Notes: generated by a model not told the origin, from the sequence alone. Shown: positions 42,201 through 49,700, numbered from the stretch's first letter. The stretch: DNA of 64,000 nucleotides from an uncultured Spirochaetota bacterium (GCA_963820525.1 CAWGAA010000003.1:480001-544000); one strand, 5' to 3'. Program-made: numbers and translations.

Positions 42201-42439
42201 ATCAGCGTCGGCCATTGCAGGGGGACGGATATGATGCCGGCGAGAACCCCGAGCAGAGCTCCGCCCATGAGAGCCCCGACAGCGCGGCGCATGGGAAAGC
42301 GGTCCCGGGTGAATACGCCCCCGCCGGCGGTCTTTCGCAGCAGGGCGACGCGGCGGAAGCCGCGCCTTCGCAGTACCGTGAGCGCGCTTCGGGCCTCCTC
42401 CTCATTCGCGTAGTAGCCGGCAAGAATGCCTACCGCCAT
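33296..42439 (-). CDS. ndvB: Cyclic beta-1,2-glucan synthase (Cgs/NdvB/ChvB type: GT84 + glucoamylase-like + GH94)
   Basis: EWILDN, GWERKRGKLEE, ITLDSDT, LSHDLIEG, RWIRGDWQ, GTMFEYLMP, QSGGAFGFRDQLQD, GDWNDGMN, RENGGQYTH. Confidence 0.92.
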   Translation of the reverse strand: MAVGILAGYYANEEEARSALTVLRRRGFRRVALLRKTAGGGVFTRDRFPMRRAVGALMGGALLGVLAGIISVPLQWPTLIGSLSPMIPGLAGGLVGICVGCVWIRRSKYGVAQELLEDHARRLMPNEAVVILQAPVGRLHFAVAALRESGPIPPPVFALHPKHEGLPRAARGPVVPPTQALLRENAQRLAFEHRIDQEPKRSAPLLLRLEEARQWIHRACEDLSEASRLEQGAPPTAEWILDNEYVVESNARDAIANLPRHYYRQMPVLSSGAFGGLPRIYDLAWELVSDVEFRLDRENIQAFIGAYQSVSPLTIGELWAVPQMLRIALIEKIQNVAVGALTELREREMADFWANRLISANRRGSSHLFLILSELVLAQPGPSPHFVTQLVDHLYDEEAVLVLVQSWLERTFRQSLSELNMREQNRRTKDQISVSHAVTSLRQLALLDWRQIFENQSHVELLLRTDPSGVYSSMDFGTRDRYRRAVEELARRSGRAEDKVAEGAIALAARAHAGPTEDERRTHVGSFLIDEGRRELAESLHCRERLHFRLLHWVYRHHSLVYFTALGFFSAVFVVPIVVLGLGGLAPGIRLLIALLLLIPASQLAIEVLNYLATRLLPPRPLAKMDFKAFGIPDAFRTLIVVPVLLSDVETIREEAEKLEVRYLANKESNLLFSLFTDYTDADRAHREDDAQLLGAAIESLEALNRRHGGERFLLFHRDRTWSESERKFIGWERKRGKLEELNRLIEGTRPEGAGRLVYVGNQDDLSNVRFVITLDSDTQLPLGAARRLIETLAHPLNRPRFDAAGRVLAGTYAVIQPRVSPSLPSTSASFFSRLFADAVGIDPYTRAVSDVQQDLTGEGSYYGKGIYDVRAFSRVLSGRFPDGRLLSHDLIEGAHVRVGLASDIELYDEFPRNYLGYTKRQHRWIRGDWQIAQWISSRVPGRGGRPEPNPLSRFNRWKILDNLRRSLVPAASLGLLLASWLTSPQIGWISTLVVTVQLLFQPMVQRFTMVTTRRGLSGFSIWKVAHDVLRAVVDAALLPHQTALALDAILLAVYRRYVSHRRMLQWTSAQVLTGAAPDRFPIYGVSMGLVSVFSVIMAWAVMRWMPSSLAFAVPWLSLWFLSPLVGRLLNLKPRARQRRVRLPETAVRFLRQVARRTWRYFADFVGAETSWLPPDNYQVSPQNQLAMRTSPTNIGLWMVSALAASDFGYITADQLVEKLIRSMETIGRLERFQGHLLNWYDVRSLTPLEPRYVSAVDSGNLLGALWVLEHGLEELLQGPVLDGRAFSGLRDTAEILHKVEGRKGIALASTWEAPPARLTDCLRLLRRSAQTVKSIADAAQKSPHGEAEAVYWSRQVEGQVSAWLNIADRYLAWMEILAEKTEEEVAPLGPAAVDAIRRDLSRAPSLADLANGRIGCIAVLQGIREAAPAAAAPLLAWLDRLLEEFSKSRWLAGEILGAAERLIRDCRALSDAINMRFLYDPERRLFCIGFNVSEDRLDGAYYDLLAAEARLGSFIAIARGDVPFDHWFSMSRPYSAVGRRRVLLSWTGTMFEYLMPLIFQRSRGNTLLDKAAREALDIQMAYGHRHRVPWGISESAFGDLDLTKTYQYRAFGVPELALKRGLEEKVVVAPYATLLAVTIAPLKTVRNLKRLVRLGLLGDYGYYEAIDFSRQTARKGERGVVVQAYMAHHQGMSLLSLSNFLHDGPVRRRFHADARVRAVEPLLHERVPVQPPLYHISTRERALTTESVGGVAPSVSTFDTPHTDTPKTQLLSNGRYGVMVTNAGGGYSQWGNHEITRWRSDRTRDSWGTFCYIHDVDTDGLWSTAYQPCGGEVEGYSASFALDRAVYRRTDSGIQTRTELVVSPEDDLEIRRVTLINRSVRTRRLDLTSYIELAMTPHAADRQHPAFNKLFIQTEAVPLKQALLAFRRPRGEDAPPIYVAHRLTLENGGEEALQFETDRRRFIGRGRTLANPVGGMREMGNTQGNVLDPILSLRRRLNLSPGQRVEVSLVLAAGETREQVLGLMDKYGNPHSIDRALDFAWAAAQFELRVLRIQPDEARRFQQLAGALLYPNPLLRSAAERIKENGKGQAGLWPYGISGDLPIALVTISEARDISLVRQMLQGHAYWRMHGLMADLVILNEETRTYERPLNERLEGLIQAHSTYTGRDRPGGIFLRSAEQIPAEDLTLLMAAASVVLVAARGPLPQQLGVPAEVPDQQEPIARKRAPEEPSSPLPFLELPYFNGLGGFTPDGREYAIYLGSGTHTPAPWVNVIANPTFGTLVSETGSGFTWYGNSQRNRLTPWSNDPVMDPASEVLYIRDEETGLFWTPTPSPIREQTAYRARHGAGYTVFEHNSNGIDQELTVFVPMDERGGRPIKLQRLRLKNDSGRPRTLSVTYYVEWVLGEHPETSQMHVVTAWDDDIGALMAFNRYHPEYANRVAFAAIDPPAQSYSGDRTFFLGRNRTLDAPVAMERAALSRRTGAGLDPCAALQVKLEIAPGAGAEITSMVGQAESLEGARGMVLAFRERPKIEAALARTKSWWDALLGTIEVHTPELAADFLINRWLLYQDLSCRIWGRTAFYQSGGAFGFRDQLQDVLALVYASADLAREHILLAASRQFREGDVQHWWHPPGGSGIRTRISDDLLWLPYVVAHYVRITGDGDILRAEVPFLDGPELREDQHELFFTPEVALERSTLFEHCRRAVTRGLTIGPHGLPLMGAGDWNDGMNLVGSGGKGESVWLAWFLVDVLQGMSELSEVLGRIDISRTYQRDKRALIQRIEQAAWDGEWYLRGIFDDGSPLGSSRNTEARIDSLPQSWAWLSGAAERLRAEHALESAWKELVRDDEGLVLLFAPPFDRSAPAPGYIQAYPPGVRENGGQYTHAALWLAMAMARRGDGTRAAKILRMLNPIELARDEQAVRRYTVEPYAVAADVCRLAGRIGLGGWSWYTGSAALMYRAWVEEILGLKVRGNGMRVEPVIPGWWNGFHVRYRHGEAIYDIQVENPEGVERGVSWVEIDGRRARDGVIPLDRGLVKHGIVVRMGNPSTP

Positions 42440-42599
42440 ACGACGAGGACCGCCGCGAAGGACGCACGAGAGCTCAGCACGTTGTTCTCTCCTTTCGCGA
42501 AGGTTCGATTGTACGCGAATAGCTCATCAACGGATATGGCGTGCTCCCTTTCGGCGCGGAACCGATTCCCTCCCGCACGCTGAGAGCCGCAGGAACGGC

Positions 42600-43106
42600 T
42601 CAGGTGAGTTTCAATTCCACTTTCTGGCCGAATGGAAGCGCGCACAGTCGCGCCAAGGCGTCGGAGAACTCGGGCAGAATGAAGCTATTCGCCATGCGTG
42701 AGGAGCTGCCGATATTGCCGCAGCATGCGGAGGCGGAACCATGCACAAGCTTGCCGTCGTTGCCGAGCTCTTTATCGAAGGCGGTGACGAAATCCGAGCG
42801 TATTCCCGCAGAATCCACGGAGTACGGCGCCGTTCCAAAGGTGACGACGATGAGACCGGATACCATGCAGTCGGTGATGCCTCCGAATCTATTCGCCAGG
42901 TCGGAGGTCTGCCCCATGCGTGCCGATATCTGTCCGGGTGTCTCTCCGCGCACCATTGCGAGCACGTATCCAATATCGGCGTTGCGTAATCGGGAGAGAT
43001 CGGTTACCGATTTGTTATCTGAAATCAGATCATCGATCTGGGGCAGCGATAGAAAGCGGGAGAATATGCGTCGTATCCTGCGGCGATCCAGGAAATTCCG
43101 AATCAT
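42600..43106 (-). CDS. Stand-alone degenerate class III nucleotidyl cyclase-like protein
   Basis: GGITD...VTFG, HG..A.CGNIGS..R and ARL match the cyclase fold, but the metal Asp residues are missing; strong GGAGG RBS. Confidence 0.6.
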   Translation of the reverse strand: MIRNFLDRRRIRRIFSRFLSLPQIDDLISDNKSVTDLSRLRNADIGYVLAMVRGETPGQISARMGQTSDLANRFGGITDCMVSGLIVVTFGTAPYSVDSAGIRSDFVTAFDKELGNDGKLVHGSASACCGNIGSSSRMANSFILPEFSDALARLCALPFGQKVELKLT

Positions 43107-43218
43107 TCCTTACCTCCCGGGGACACGCGCGAAAGGGCGCTTCGCCGCCCCGAGTGAAAAGCCCGACTTTCTCTGGAATTTCCTGCGGCGACAAGGCTCT
43201 GCCGCCCAAACCCGGCTC

Positions 43219-43485
43219 CTATTGATTGGCTTTTATGATTCTTTCGAGTTTGTCATGCAGATCGCTATACCCCTTATGGAGATTGGCATCTTCTGTGCTC
43301 TTGACTTCTCCTTCGAGGCTTTCCAGGAGCGTATTCATTTTTTCCAGGGGCAATTTCACAAGAAAGGCATTGCCATACATCACCGTAACATTCAGTTTTC
43401 GTTCCAACTCTTTATCAAGAGCTTGTATGTTCAGGATCAGCTCTCTTTCGCTTCGCGTCAACTCGATCGGGATGAGCTTTTCCAT
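43219..43485 (-). CDS. 88-aa hypothetical protein
   Basis: AT-richer ORF with AAGG RBS, co-oriented between mgsA and the cyclase-like gene. Confidence 0.6.
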   Translation of the reverse strand: MEKLIPIELTRSERELILNIQALDKELERKLNVTVMYGNAFLVKLPLEKMNTLLESLEGEVKSTEDANLHKGYSDLHDKLERIIKANQ

Positions 43486-43533
43486 ACCTTAGATAATATC
43501 CGTTTCTGCGAAATCCATCAAGCGGGGCTTTCC

Positions 43534-44016
43534 TCAAGCGTTTCCTGGCTCTTCGCCTCTGGCAATCCTGCGAGCGCGGTATTCCTGGTAATCGGGAACA
43601 AGACGATCATATTCTCCATCCATGAGGGGAGAGGAGATCATGAAATCGGCGGAAGCCCTGTTGCAGGCAATCGGAATATTCCACACCACCGCCATTCGCA
43701 GGAGTGCCTTGACATCGGGATCGTGGGGCTGCGGCTCGAGCGGATCCCAAAAAAAGATCAGAAAATCGATCTCGTCATCGACGATCCTGGCGCCGATTTG
43801 CTGATCGCCTCCCAAGGGTCCGCTTTGAAGCTTCGTGATTTTAAAGCCCAGTTCGCGTTCCAGAATCACTCCCGTGGTGCCTGTCGCATACACCTTGTGA
43901 TGTGCCAGGAGATCGCGGTTGAATTTGGCCCATTCGACGAGGTCCGCTTTTTTATTGTCGTGGGCTACCAGTGCGATTTTTTTGTCATGCTCCATGGCGA
44001 TTTTATTGTAATTCAT
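43534..44016 (-). CDS. mgsA: Methylglyoxal synthase
   Basis: [39 protein letters not shown]; start ATG 44016. Confidence 0.96.
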   Translation of the reverse strand: MNYNKIAMEHDKKIALVAHDNKKADLVEWAKFNRDLLAHHKVYATGTTGVILERELGFKITKLQSGPLGGDQQIGARIVDDEIDFLIFFWDPLEPQPHDPDVKALLRMAVVWNIPIACNRASADFMISSPLMDGEYDRLVPDYQEYRARRIARGEEPGNA

Positions 44017-44237
44017 ATGATGCCTTTCAGTCCTTTTTCCGGTGTGGCGAAACGATTCCTCTCCGGGTGATCGCACGGCCCTCCCCAAAAGGCGATGATC
44101 CGCGACAGAGTCTGAGAGGCTGCGCGCGCCGAGGTGAAGTTTAGTGCAGAGGCGGCCCCCCGACAAGGGCGAAGCCCGCTCATCACGCCGCGGATCGGCA
44201 CAACGAGCGCCCTTTTTGCCGCGATCCGGCGATGCCC

Positions 44238-44266
44238 TTGACACGTCGATGAAAATAGGCTACTTT
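44238..44266 (+). promoter_or_regulatory. Sigma70-type promoter of the recombinase operon
   Basis: TTGACA (44238-44243), N17, TACTTT (44261-44266), followed by an AT-rich tract. Confidence 0.6.
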
Positions 44267-44307
44267 AATGTTAATTAATGGATTATAGAATCGACGGGGA
44301 GAAGATC

Positions 44308-45273
44308 ATGGAGAAGAAGATAGAGATCGCGGAGGCGAGGCGAAAGCTTAACCCGGCCCTTGTCTATGCGTCCCGATTGACCAAGACGGGGAAGCCCGCG
44401 GTCGAAAACATGCTGCGGATCGCGGCCAGGTGGATCGCGGAAGCCGAGGGTCTTCCGACATCGGCCATCGAGGCCGGTCTCTGGCAGCGGATGACGCTCG
44501 AGCACATGAAGGCGATCCGGGCAAGGGCACTCGAGACGGGCTACTCTCCGGCGTCCGTCAACCTCATGCTCTCGGCCATCCGGGGTACCGTGCGGGCCGC
44601 ATGGCGCATGGGGCTGATGAGGGCGGAGGAGCTCATACGCATAACAGAGGTGCCGAACGTCAAGGCCAAGAGCCAGCCATCGGGAAGGAAGATCACCGCG
44701 CGCGAGCTGTCCGCACTCATAGAGAGAATCGACACGGTCACTGCATCGGGAAAACGCGACGCGGCGGTGATCAGCCTGGCCTATTGCGCGGGGATGAGGC
44801 GGCGAGAGATCGCTTCGCTCGGCATGGAGAATATCCGCGAAACGGCAAAAGCGATCGAGGTCCGCGTACCGTCGCGGAGCGGGAAAAAGGCCCGAACATC
44901 GTATCTCGACAATGGCGGGGCCGATGCGCTGTGGGATTACCTGGAGTCACGGGGGAGGAATCCGGGAGCGCTCTTCGTAACGTCACGGAAGAGCGGAGCG
45001 CTCCTTGACGAGGCACTCGGGGAACACGCCGTCTATGAAGTCATCAAACGATGCGGAGAGCGGGCCGGCGTTGAGCTCACGCCGCATGACTTTCGAAGGA
45101 CCTTCGTCTCCCATCTCCTCGACCAGGGAGCGGATCTCACGGTGGTGGCGGGAATGGCCGGACACAGCAGCGTACAGACGACGGCACGCTATGACAGCCG
45201 GGGTGAGGGAGTGAAGAAGGCGGCGGCGAGGCTTCCGCAATTGCCCTATCGCAGGAAGCGGAGGAGCTCGTGA
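44308..45273 (+). CDS. Tyrosine recombinase, catalytic residues intact
   Basis: SPASVN core-binding region; GMRRREI (R), GKK (K), HDFRR (HxxR), GHSSVQTTARY (H, Y). Confidence 0.92.
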   Translation: MEKKIEIAEARRKLNPALVYASRLTKTGKPAVENMLRIAARWIAEAEGLPTSAIEAGLWQRMTLEHMKAIRARALETGYSPASVNLMLSAIRGTVRAAWRMGLMRAEELIRITEVPNVKAKSQPSGRKITARELSALIERIDTVTASGKRDAAVISLAYCAGMRRREIASLGMENIRETAKAIEVRVPSRSGKKARTSYLDNGGADALWDYLESRGRNPGALFVTSRKSGALLDEALGEHAVYEVIKRCGERAGVELTPHDFRRTFVSHLLDQGADLTVVAGMAGHSSVQTTARYDSRGEGVKKAAARLPQLPYRRKRRSS

Positions 45274-45515
45274 GGGCCGCGGAGAGCAGTCTGAAAGCGC
45301 ACACGCCGTGCATGGGCACTCATGTTTTCGACTGGGGGGAAAAATCGCTGGAGAAGGGGCCGCCCGAGGGGCTGAACTGCGCGTGCGGGATGTTCGAGTT
45401 CCACTACACGACCTGTGAATGCGGGTGCGGCCGGAGAATCATGTCGTTGCGTTTCAACAAGAGAGGATCCCGACATCCTCTGCCGCTCGAAGTCGAAGCC
45501 GCGGTCCTGAGATAG
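45270..45515 (+). CDS. 81-aa Cys/His-rich putative zinc-binding protein
   Basis: GTG overlaps the recombinase stop (GTGA); CxxxH, CAC, CECGC. Confidence 0.55.
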   Translation: MRAAESSLKAHTPCMGTHVFDWGEKSLEKGPPEGLNCACGMFEFHYTTCECGCGRRIMSLRFNKRGSRHPLPLEVEAAVLR

Positions 45516-45530
45516 GAAGGGAGCAGATGC

Positions 45531-46454
45531 ATGGGTGAAATATCGAAACGATCCGGTAGGCCTCGGCCAGGCAGCTCGAGCCCCGTCCTGGTTTATCTGG
45601 CGGGCCTAGAGGAGAATGGCCGGCCTCTGATGCGGCGGGCTCTCAATGGCGTTGCGCGGCGTCTTGGTTATAGAAGCGCGCGAGCTGCCCCATGGACCGA
45701 GCTGCGGGCCGAGCATGTCGCGGCGCTGCGGACGTGGCTCTCTGATTCTTTCAAACCGGCGAGGGTAAACCGCTGCCTGTCGGCGATCAAGGGAACCATG
45801 AAGATAGCCTGGCAGCTCGGGCAGATCGATGGAGGGAGGCTTGTTGAAATTCTCAAGCTGAAAGCGGTGAGGAGAGGTTCTCATCCATACGGGAGATCCC
45901 TATCCGCTCATGAGATTCATGCCCTCATGGAGGCCTGCGCCGACGGGACATTCACGGGCAAGCGGGACCTGGCAGTCATCACTCTGGCGTACTGCGGAGG
46001 TCTCAGGAGGGCGGAGATGGCCGCGCTGAACGTCGACGATGTGAAAGCCGAGGCGGAGGCCTTCGTGATTCGGGTTCTCAGCAGAGGGCAACGAGAGTTT
46101 CTGGTTTCCATCGACGACGGCGGTGCCGAAGCCATTCGAGACTTCCTGACCGGGCGCGGGGAAGCGCCTGGCCCTCTGTTTTGCAGGGACAGGGAGAGCA
46201 AACCGTGTGAGCGCCTCACGGCCGATGGGCTTTTTGCGGTGCTCAGGGAGCGGGCACAGGCGGCAGGAGTAGAGGGCATGAGCCCCCACGACATGCGGCG
46301 CACGTTCGTCTCTGACAAGCTCGCAGCCAGCGTCGATGTTCTCACCGTTTCGGCCCTCACGGGACGCGGCGATCCGAATCATGGCGGCGGCGCCCCACGG
46401 AAGGCCGTAAAGAATCCGTCTCTTCCACTGGGGGCATGCCACGCCGCGCCATGA
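45531..46454 (+). CDS. Tyrosine recombinase paralog lacking the catalytic Tyr (dead or regulatory, or pseudogene)
   Basis: GLRRAE and HDMRR kept; GH changed to GR; 7-aa TTARYDS segment absent; GGGAG RBS; no stop or frameshift. Confidence 0.8.
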   Translation: MGEISKRSGRPRPGSSSPVLVYLAGLEENGRPLMRRALNGVARRLGYRSARAAPWTELRAEHVAALRTWLSDSFKPARVNRCLSAIKGTMKIAWQLGQIDGGRLVEILKLKAVRRGSHPYGRSLSAHEIHALMEACADGTFTGKRDLAVITLAYCGGLRRAEMAALNVDDVKAEAEAFVIRVLSRGQREFLVSIDDGGAEAIRDFLTGRGEAPGPLFCRDRESKPCERLTADGLFAVLRERAQAAGVEGMSPHDMRRTFVSDKLAASVDVLTVSALTGRGDPNHGGGAPRKAVKNPSLPLGACHAAP

Positions 46455-46478
46455 GCTTGCCGGCCAGGGCAAAGGAGC

Positions 46479-46778
46479 ATGCTGAAAATGGATGCGATCG
46501 AATTGGGCAAAAAAAGAGCGGAAGAGTTCATAACGGAGCAAATGCGGAGCCTCGACCGTGACAGTGGACTGTACTCTCTTCTTTGGTGGACGCCGGATCC
46601 GCTCGACCCGGATCGTGAAAGTACGCATGCGCAGATGACAGTGCCTCTGCGATTATACAAGGGAAACAGCTGGAGACTTGTCAAGTTTTTCAAATCGGAT
46701 CTTGACGACTGCGCTAAATCTCCGGAATTGCTTCAGAAATACGAAGAAGAAATAAGACAAGCTCTCATGGATCTCTAG
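46479..46778 (+). CDS. 99-aa hypothetical protein
   Basis: AAAGGAG RBS, AT-richer, 24 nt after the second recombinase. Confidence 0.65.
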   Translation: MLKMDAIELGKKRAEEFITEQMRSLDRDSGLYSLLWWTPDPLDPDRESTHAQMTVPLRLYKGNSWRLVKFFKSDLDDCAKSPELLQKYEEEIRQALMDL

Positions 46779-46794
46779 AAACGCTCACCGCCCC

Positions 46795-49700
46795 CTAGCG
46801 ATGCGAGAGCGGTATTTGAGCGAAGGCTTCGGGAGGCGCGGTCCCCAGGGAATCGGCAGCCACCGGCTGGAAGCGGGAAAGGATCTGGGCCTGGGATGGC
46901 TCGCCGCTCCAGGCCAGATCTACTATCCGCGTGGCGTTAGATCCCGGAAGCGCTCCACCCAACCGCCACTGTTCGGCGGCCTGCTTCACGTCACGAACCC
47001 TTCGAACCCCCGGGGACGGAAAGCCATCCTGACTCAACACCATGGCCGCGTAGCCCCACTGCGCGGGGGTGCCGCGTCCGGCGAAGAGTTTCTTCGGCAG
47101 GCTGATGACGACAATCCCCTTGGGAGCGTCCACCGTGGCTTTCGCCGGGCTTCCCGGCGCTTCCGAGGGCTTTCCCGATGCGTCCACCACGAACAGCTTC
47201 TGACTCCAGCCCTCCACCCAGACCGCGTAGTCCCAACCGTTCCCCTGCTCGAGGGCGGCATTGCGGCCTTCCAGGAGCATTCGCGACCCCGTGGCCTTGC
47301 CGGGGTCCGTATCGATGTAGATATCGAATGTCTGAATCGAGAGCCCGATCGCGGAGCCCCAGGGATTGTCGATGGGGGTCCGCATCGTGAAGGAGAAAAC
47401 AAGGTCGCGCTCCGTCTCGGCCGCCGTGAAACTCAGGATATCGAAGACGCCGGGCTTGAAGACGGGATCGAGGGGATACGTGTACGTGCCGGGACCGTTG
47501 TCGTCTCCCTGCGGATCCTCGACGGTCAAAAAAGGCTCGGCCTGGGCGGCAAGGGGCAGCACCACCCTCAGAGGACCGGACTCCGGCAGAAGCTGGGCAT
47601 CCCTTGTCCCCACGGAATAGGCGGCACGCGCGCGGACGGCGGAGCCCGGGGGAACCTCGCCTAAAAGATCGAGCGGCACCGCGCATTCCACGATCTTTCC
47701 GTCCACGGCCACGCTCTTCAGGTCCTTCAACCGCGCCCACTCCTGGTAGCGGCCCCGGCCGAATACGGAAAGCTGCCAGCTCCCCCCGGCTCCTGAAATC
47801 TCGATATACGCGGTGCTTCCGAAGCCAAGGACGGAAGAGTTCACCGTGAAAGGGCTCGAAGGCGCGCCGGGATCCCATTGCAGATAGACGCGCACCGCGC
47901 GCCCGGGAGCCGGGCTCAATGGCTCTTTCGCGTCGAGGCGGACGTACAGAAAGCTTCCATCGATTCCGAGATAAAGCGTCTGCAGAGCGTCGCCGCCGCG
48001 CGCCATCGCTCCACCGCGAAGCTCATAACGGGCCGCCTTGTCCCATTCGCCCACGGAAGCCTCCCCGTCTATGACGGGAGTGACGGCGGAATCGAGCGGC
48101 TTGGCCGCGGGGGCAGGCGAAAGCGGAATAATGGGCGCGCGGAGGAAATCCGGCGGCGCCCGCCCCAGAGCGGTGTAGACATTCGCCAAAAGCCACCTGA
48201 AAGAATCGTCGAAGTACGAATCGTTTCCCGAATCCTGGTCGTCACCGAACCACCAGAACCAGTCCGAGCCTTCGGCAAGGTACATGAAGTCGAGCGCGCG
48301 CTGGAGGCTTTTGGGGTCTGCTTTTTTTCTCTTGTACAGGTCGTATTCCGCCAGGTCCTTGCGCACCCGAGCCAGGTAGTTCCACGCCGTATTCTCCTCC
48401 GGCTCACCGATCCAGGTGGAGTAGTCCGGCGAAAACCATGCCCCCCACCAGAGGCTGTCCAGTCGTCGCTGCTCTGGGTACATCAAGAGATACTCGGAAA
48501 CCGTGATCGTGCGGACCGTCTCGCTTTCGGCCAGCCTGCGATACAAAGCGTCGAGGAACTCCTTGCCGTCGTTATCGTAGTTCTCCCAGGCGTTCTCTCC
48601 GTCCAGGATAATGCTCACAAGATGCGGCCCCTCTTTGCCGCCTGCGGAAAGCCTGGCACGGATATTCTCGAGCCTTCTCATGAAGTCGGCGGCCGCCTCT
48701 TCTCCCGGCGTGCCTGAGTATTCGAAGGCGATCAGGTCCGACAGCCTCTGGTCCCGGAATACCATGGCCACCGATGAGCCGTCACGGGAGTGAACGACGT
48801 ACGGACGGTAGAGGGCATCCGCCTCGTTCACGGTATCTGAAGCATCCCGGGTGAAGTCCCCGATGCCCAGCGATCTGGCGAGCACCTGCTCGCCGGAGGC
48901 CATCCAGTGGAAACCGGCATCGGCGACCATCTTCACGATCTCAGGGGCAACGGCGCCCTCAGCCGGCCAGAGGCCTGACGGCTTTCGTGAAAACCTGGCC
49001 TGGTACTCCGTGACGCTCCTGGCAAGCTGCCCCACCGCGTCGTTGGCGAATGAGTACCAATCCGGGAGGGCCGTGGTCGGGTCTCCCTTGGCTGCGAGTG
49101 AAGTGCTGTACAGAAGCGGCAGGATGGGATGCGCGTAGGGGGTGGTGATGACCTCGATCTGCCCCCTGTCCTGGAGCCTCTTGTGGATGGACACGATCTT
49201 CCTGATTACCTTCAACCCCTCAGCGAAGACGATGGCCTTGTCCGCCTCGGCGAAGCCCCTCCCCTTCTCCACCAGCGCGGCGAGGGGCTGTGCGGCCAGA
49301 GCATCGGGATCGAACCAGGCCAGGTTGAACCATACCTGGAGGTCGCGAATATCCTCGGTGGAAAACGAGGCGCGGGCGGCATCGATGGATCCCGCGGCCC
49401 CCGCCTTTGCCAGAAGCTCCGCATAGCGGGGGAAGCGCGAGATGACGTGGGCATGGTTGGCGTCGAAGAACCGCTCGAGGATGAACCGCTTCTCCACGGG
49501 CGTAAGGCGGTCCGCACGCTTTTCAGCCAGCTCCTGGTAGCGATCCTTGGCGCCCGAGGCGAAGTCATCGAGCTGGCGCAGCAGCACGGGGGTCAGGTTG
49601 ATGGTGGCGTGCACGGCTGGATAGCGCTCCAGCGTGGCCGCCATGTCGTAGTAGTCCTTGGTGGCGTGCACGCGCACCCACGGCCTGCTGTAGACGCCGC

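Noticed and set aside
42505..42600. Riboswitch upstream of cgs
   Set aside because: GAAA-capped stems are present, but I could not match c-di-GMP, c-di-AMP or cobalamin consensus; needs an Rfam scan.
42541..44070. 509-aa plus-strand ORF
   Set aside because: Antisense to three genes with better support (cyclase-like ORF, 88-aa ORF, mgsA); no recognisable domain.
44308..46454. Calling the recombinases xerC/xerD, a RIT element or a prophage/ICE integrase
   Set aside because: Only two recombinases, one lacking Tyr; no phage or conjugation genes, tRNA target or terminal repeats seen.
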